DNA from: Cyanophora paradoxa CCMP329 | Taxonomy: Eukaryota; Plantae; Glaucophyta | NCBI GenBank assembly: GCA_004431415.1 | Contig: QPMI01000152.1 | Location: 214,351 to 278,350 of the forward strand | Length of the DNA: 64,000 nt | Direction: 5' to 3' | Shown here: piece by piece, positions 62,073 to 64,000 of the stretch | Layout: each line of letters begins with the position of its first letter | Numbering within the stretch: the first letter of the stretch is position 1 | Program-made: the position numbers and the translations under genes | The notes under the pieces: model-generated | What the model was told of the DNA's origin: nothing | The model's database searches: none | Seen by the model: only the letters and a program-made list of their open reading frames with translations

Positions 62073-62598
62073 CTCGCCTCCGCCCCGTCCGCCCCCGTTC
62101 ACCGCCGCCCCCTCTCGGTGCAGGGCCGGCATGTAGCGCCCTCTCCGCCCCACGCTCCTTTCTTATCTCCATGTAGGGGTAGGAGTACCGCCTCCACGCG
62201 CTTATTTGCAGCTTCCGCCGTGCCGGCGCGGCTCGAGAGTATTTGATTCGTTTGTGCCGTAGTAGCGCCGCGAGACAGTAGCGACCTGTCAGCGGAGTGT
62301 TTTTCTTTGTGCGATCTTGAATCACCGAGCTTATTGAGATGCGTCGAGTCGTCGACCCTCACGCCGCTCAACGCTCACGCGCGCGCGCGGATCGGATGGG
62401 CCGGGCCACCTCGAGCTCTGGCCACTGGCCACCTTAACGGTTCGAAGCCTGGCGTTTTGGGGCCCCACGGCGCTAACAGGCGGCCTCTACGTGTACGTCT
62501 GACGGTCTGTACAGGTCCAAAGTACAACACGAGGCTCCTGCCGCACTGCCGCATGCGGGCAGAGCCGCGGGCAAGCTCGAGGCCGGCCGGCGCGCGCC

Positions 62599-64000
62599 TC
62601 ACTTCTTCTCGGCGGCCTCCTTGACCTCCTCGATCTTCTTGGGGGCGGCCTCCTCCTCGGTGGCCGAGCCCTTGGCGCCCAGCGAGCAGAGGTAGATGTT
62701 CCACAGGTACGAGGCCGCTGCGGGGCCCGCGGGTCAGCGGCGCGAAGCTCGAGGGAAGCGAAGGGGCCCCGCTGGGGGGCGGCCCCGGCGGACCGTTCTG
62801 GAAGAGGAGCATGAGCTCCGGGGGGACGAACTTGAGGTTGATCTGCGGGGGCGGGGCGCGTCGGCGGGACCGCCCGGCCCGGGACCAGCAGGCGGCAGGC
62901 GCGGCGGGGGCGCGGACCGCCTGGGCGGGGATCCAGTAGCACCACCCCGCGCGAACTGCAGAGGGGGCGCGTCAGCGGCCGGGGCACAGGGGCGGGGGGA
63001 GGGGCGGGCGGACCTGTGCTGAAGACGTCGCGCTTGAGGCGAGCGAGGATGAGCTGCGGGCTCTCCCCGGCCAGCACCCCCTGGAAGCTGCGCCCGGGGC
63101 AACCGGCCGTCGGCGGCCGGCGAGGGGGCGGAGAGCGCAGGGCGCACGTGAAGAAGCAGGTCGTGTAGATGGGCGACATGAAGAACTGGTCGATGAGCGT
63201 CTTGCCGATGATCTGGCGGACGGGGCGGGGCGGCTCGAGGCGTGGAGGGGGCGCGGGGGCGGGCGGGGCGGGGCGGACGGCGGGGAGGGCGGTGCCCTTG
63301 ATGAGCCCCTGCAGGATGTTGAACCAGTAATGGAGCACGGGCCCGTTGTACACGAAGCCGAAGAGCGCCTGGCCGGACGAAGTCAGCACGGAGCGGAGCC
63401 CGTGCGAGGTCGGAAGGCGGCGGGGCGGGGCGGGGCGGGGCGGGCGCGCCATCTTGGAGGTCCGGAGGCAGTCGAGGGGCTTGTCGGTGCCGCGGTTGGA
63501 TATCAGCTGGCTCGTGATGTCGCTCGCCGTGAAGATGACGGCCGACGTGCTGCGCCGCCGCCGCGCCGCGGAGCTCAGAGCGGACTTCGTGGCGCGGGCG
63601 GGCGCGGGACGAGGCGCACTAGGATTTGGTGAAGATAGGCTTCGTGTCCAGCTCGTTCTTGTACCTGCAAAGGCGTCAGAGGCCCGCGTACGCCGCCGGG
63701 GGCCGGCCTCGAACCAGCGCCAAAACTTGTTGAGGCCGTTGCCGCCGCCGTTGCCGCCGCCACCGCCGGACTTCTGCTCGTCTTTCGAGGCCTGGACGGA
63801 AGGAAATGAGACGCGATGCAGCGAGAGAATGACAGGGACGCACGTCAGAGCTGTCACCCTCGGCCATGAAGAACACCGAGCGGCTAAGTCCCCGGGTCGC
63901 AGCCCGAGCGCTAGCACGCCTGGCACGGATCGGCCGAGGGATCACTGCGGGGACGGCCGCGGCGACCGGGGCTGACGGGGCCGCGAAAACGCAGGTCCGG
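62599..64000 (-). CDS. Mpv17/PMP22 family membrane protein with a likely organellar transit peptide (5' end outside the window)
   Basis: ASDITSQLI, ALFGFVYNGPVLHYWFNIL, KTLIDQFFMSP, YWIPAQAINLKFVP, LWNIYL; Ala/Arg-rich N-terminal stretch and a poly-Gly linker. Confidence 0.88.

Noticed and set aside
1-64000. CRISPR arrays, tRNA or rRNA genes, transposases, prokaryotic operons
   Set aside because: None seen; the window is intron-rich eukaryotic nuclear DNA.

Overview
Gene-dense nuclear DNA from a eukaryote, GC-rich, with many short (~50-90 nt) spliceosomal introns, so the six-frame ORF track is mostly misleading. I rebuilt the gene models by hand from splice sites. Two plastid transit peptides start with an early Phe (MSSAF..., MAAFV...) and there is an axonemal dynein assembly factor, which suggests a flagellated primary alga, probably a glaucophyte such as Cyanophora (inference). 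About 20 genes, mostly in tight head-to-head pairs: a hypothetical low-complexity protein, a Zn-ribbon pseudokinase + Zn-ribbon bacterial-type kinase, a SCAB-like Ig-PH protein, DCAF13, Spg1/Tem1, RPLP0, an F-box/LRR protein, a cNMP-binding protein, TatA, GTF3C3, a MORN-BTB protein, RPN7, DNAAF5, SSR3, RPN6, CCT3, a plastid glucokinase, an AdoMetDC-ODC fusion, PEN-2, a Tudor-knot + 3xAP2 protein, a short Chorein-N/VPS13-like protein and a partial Mpv17/PMP22 gene. Most notable: (1) an AdoMetDC-ODC fusion joined within a single exon, whose ODC half has antizyme-inhibitor-like substitutions; (2) a U12-type AT-AC intron in PEN-2; (3) a candidate intronic box C/D snoRNA in CCT3; (4) a duplicated Zn-ribbon+kinase module with a dead first copy; (5) a ~1 kb tract dense in palindromes. 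Exon boundaries were read by eye, no database searches were run, and some GC-rich genes seem to carry assembly indels.
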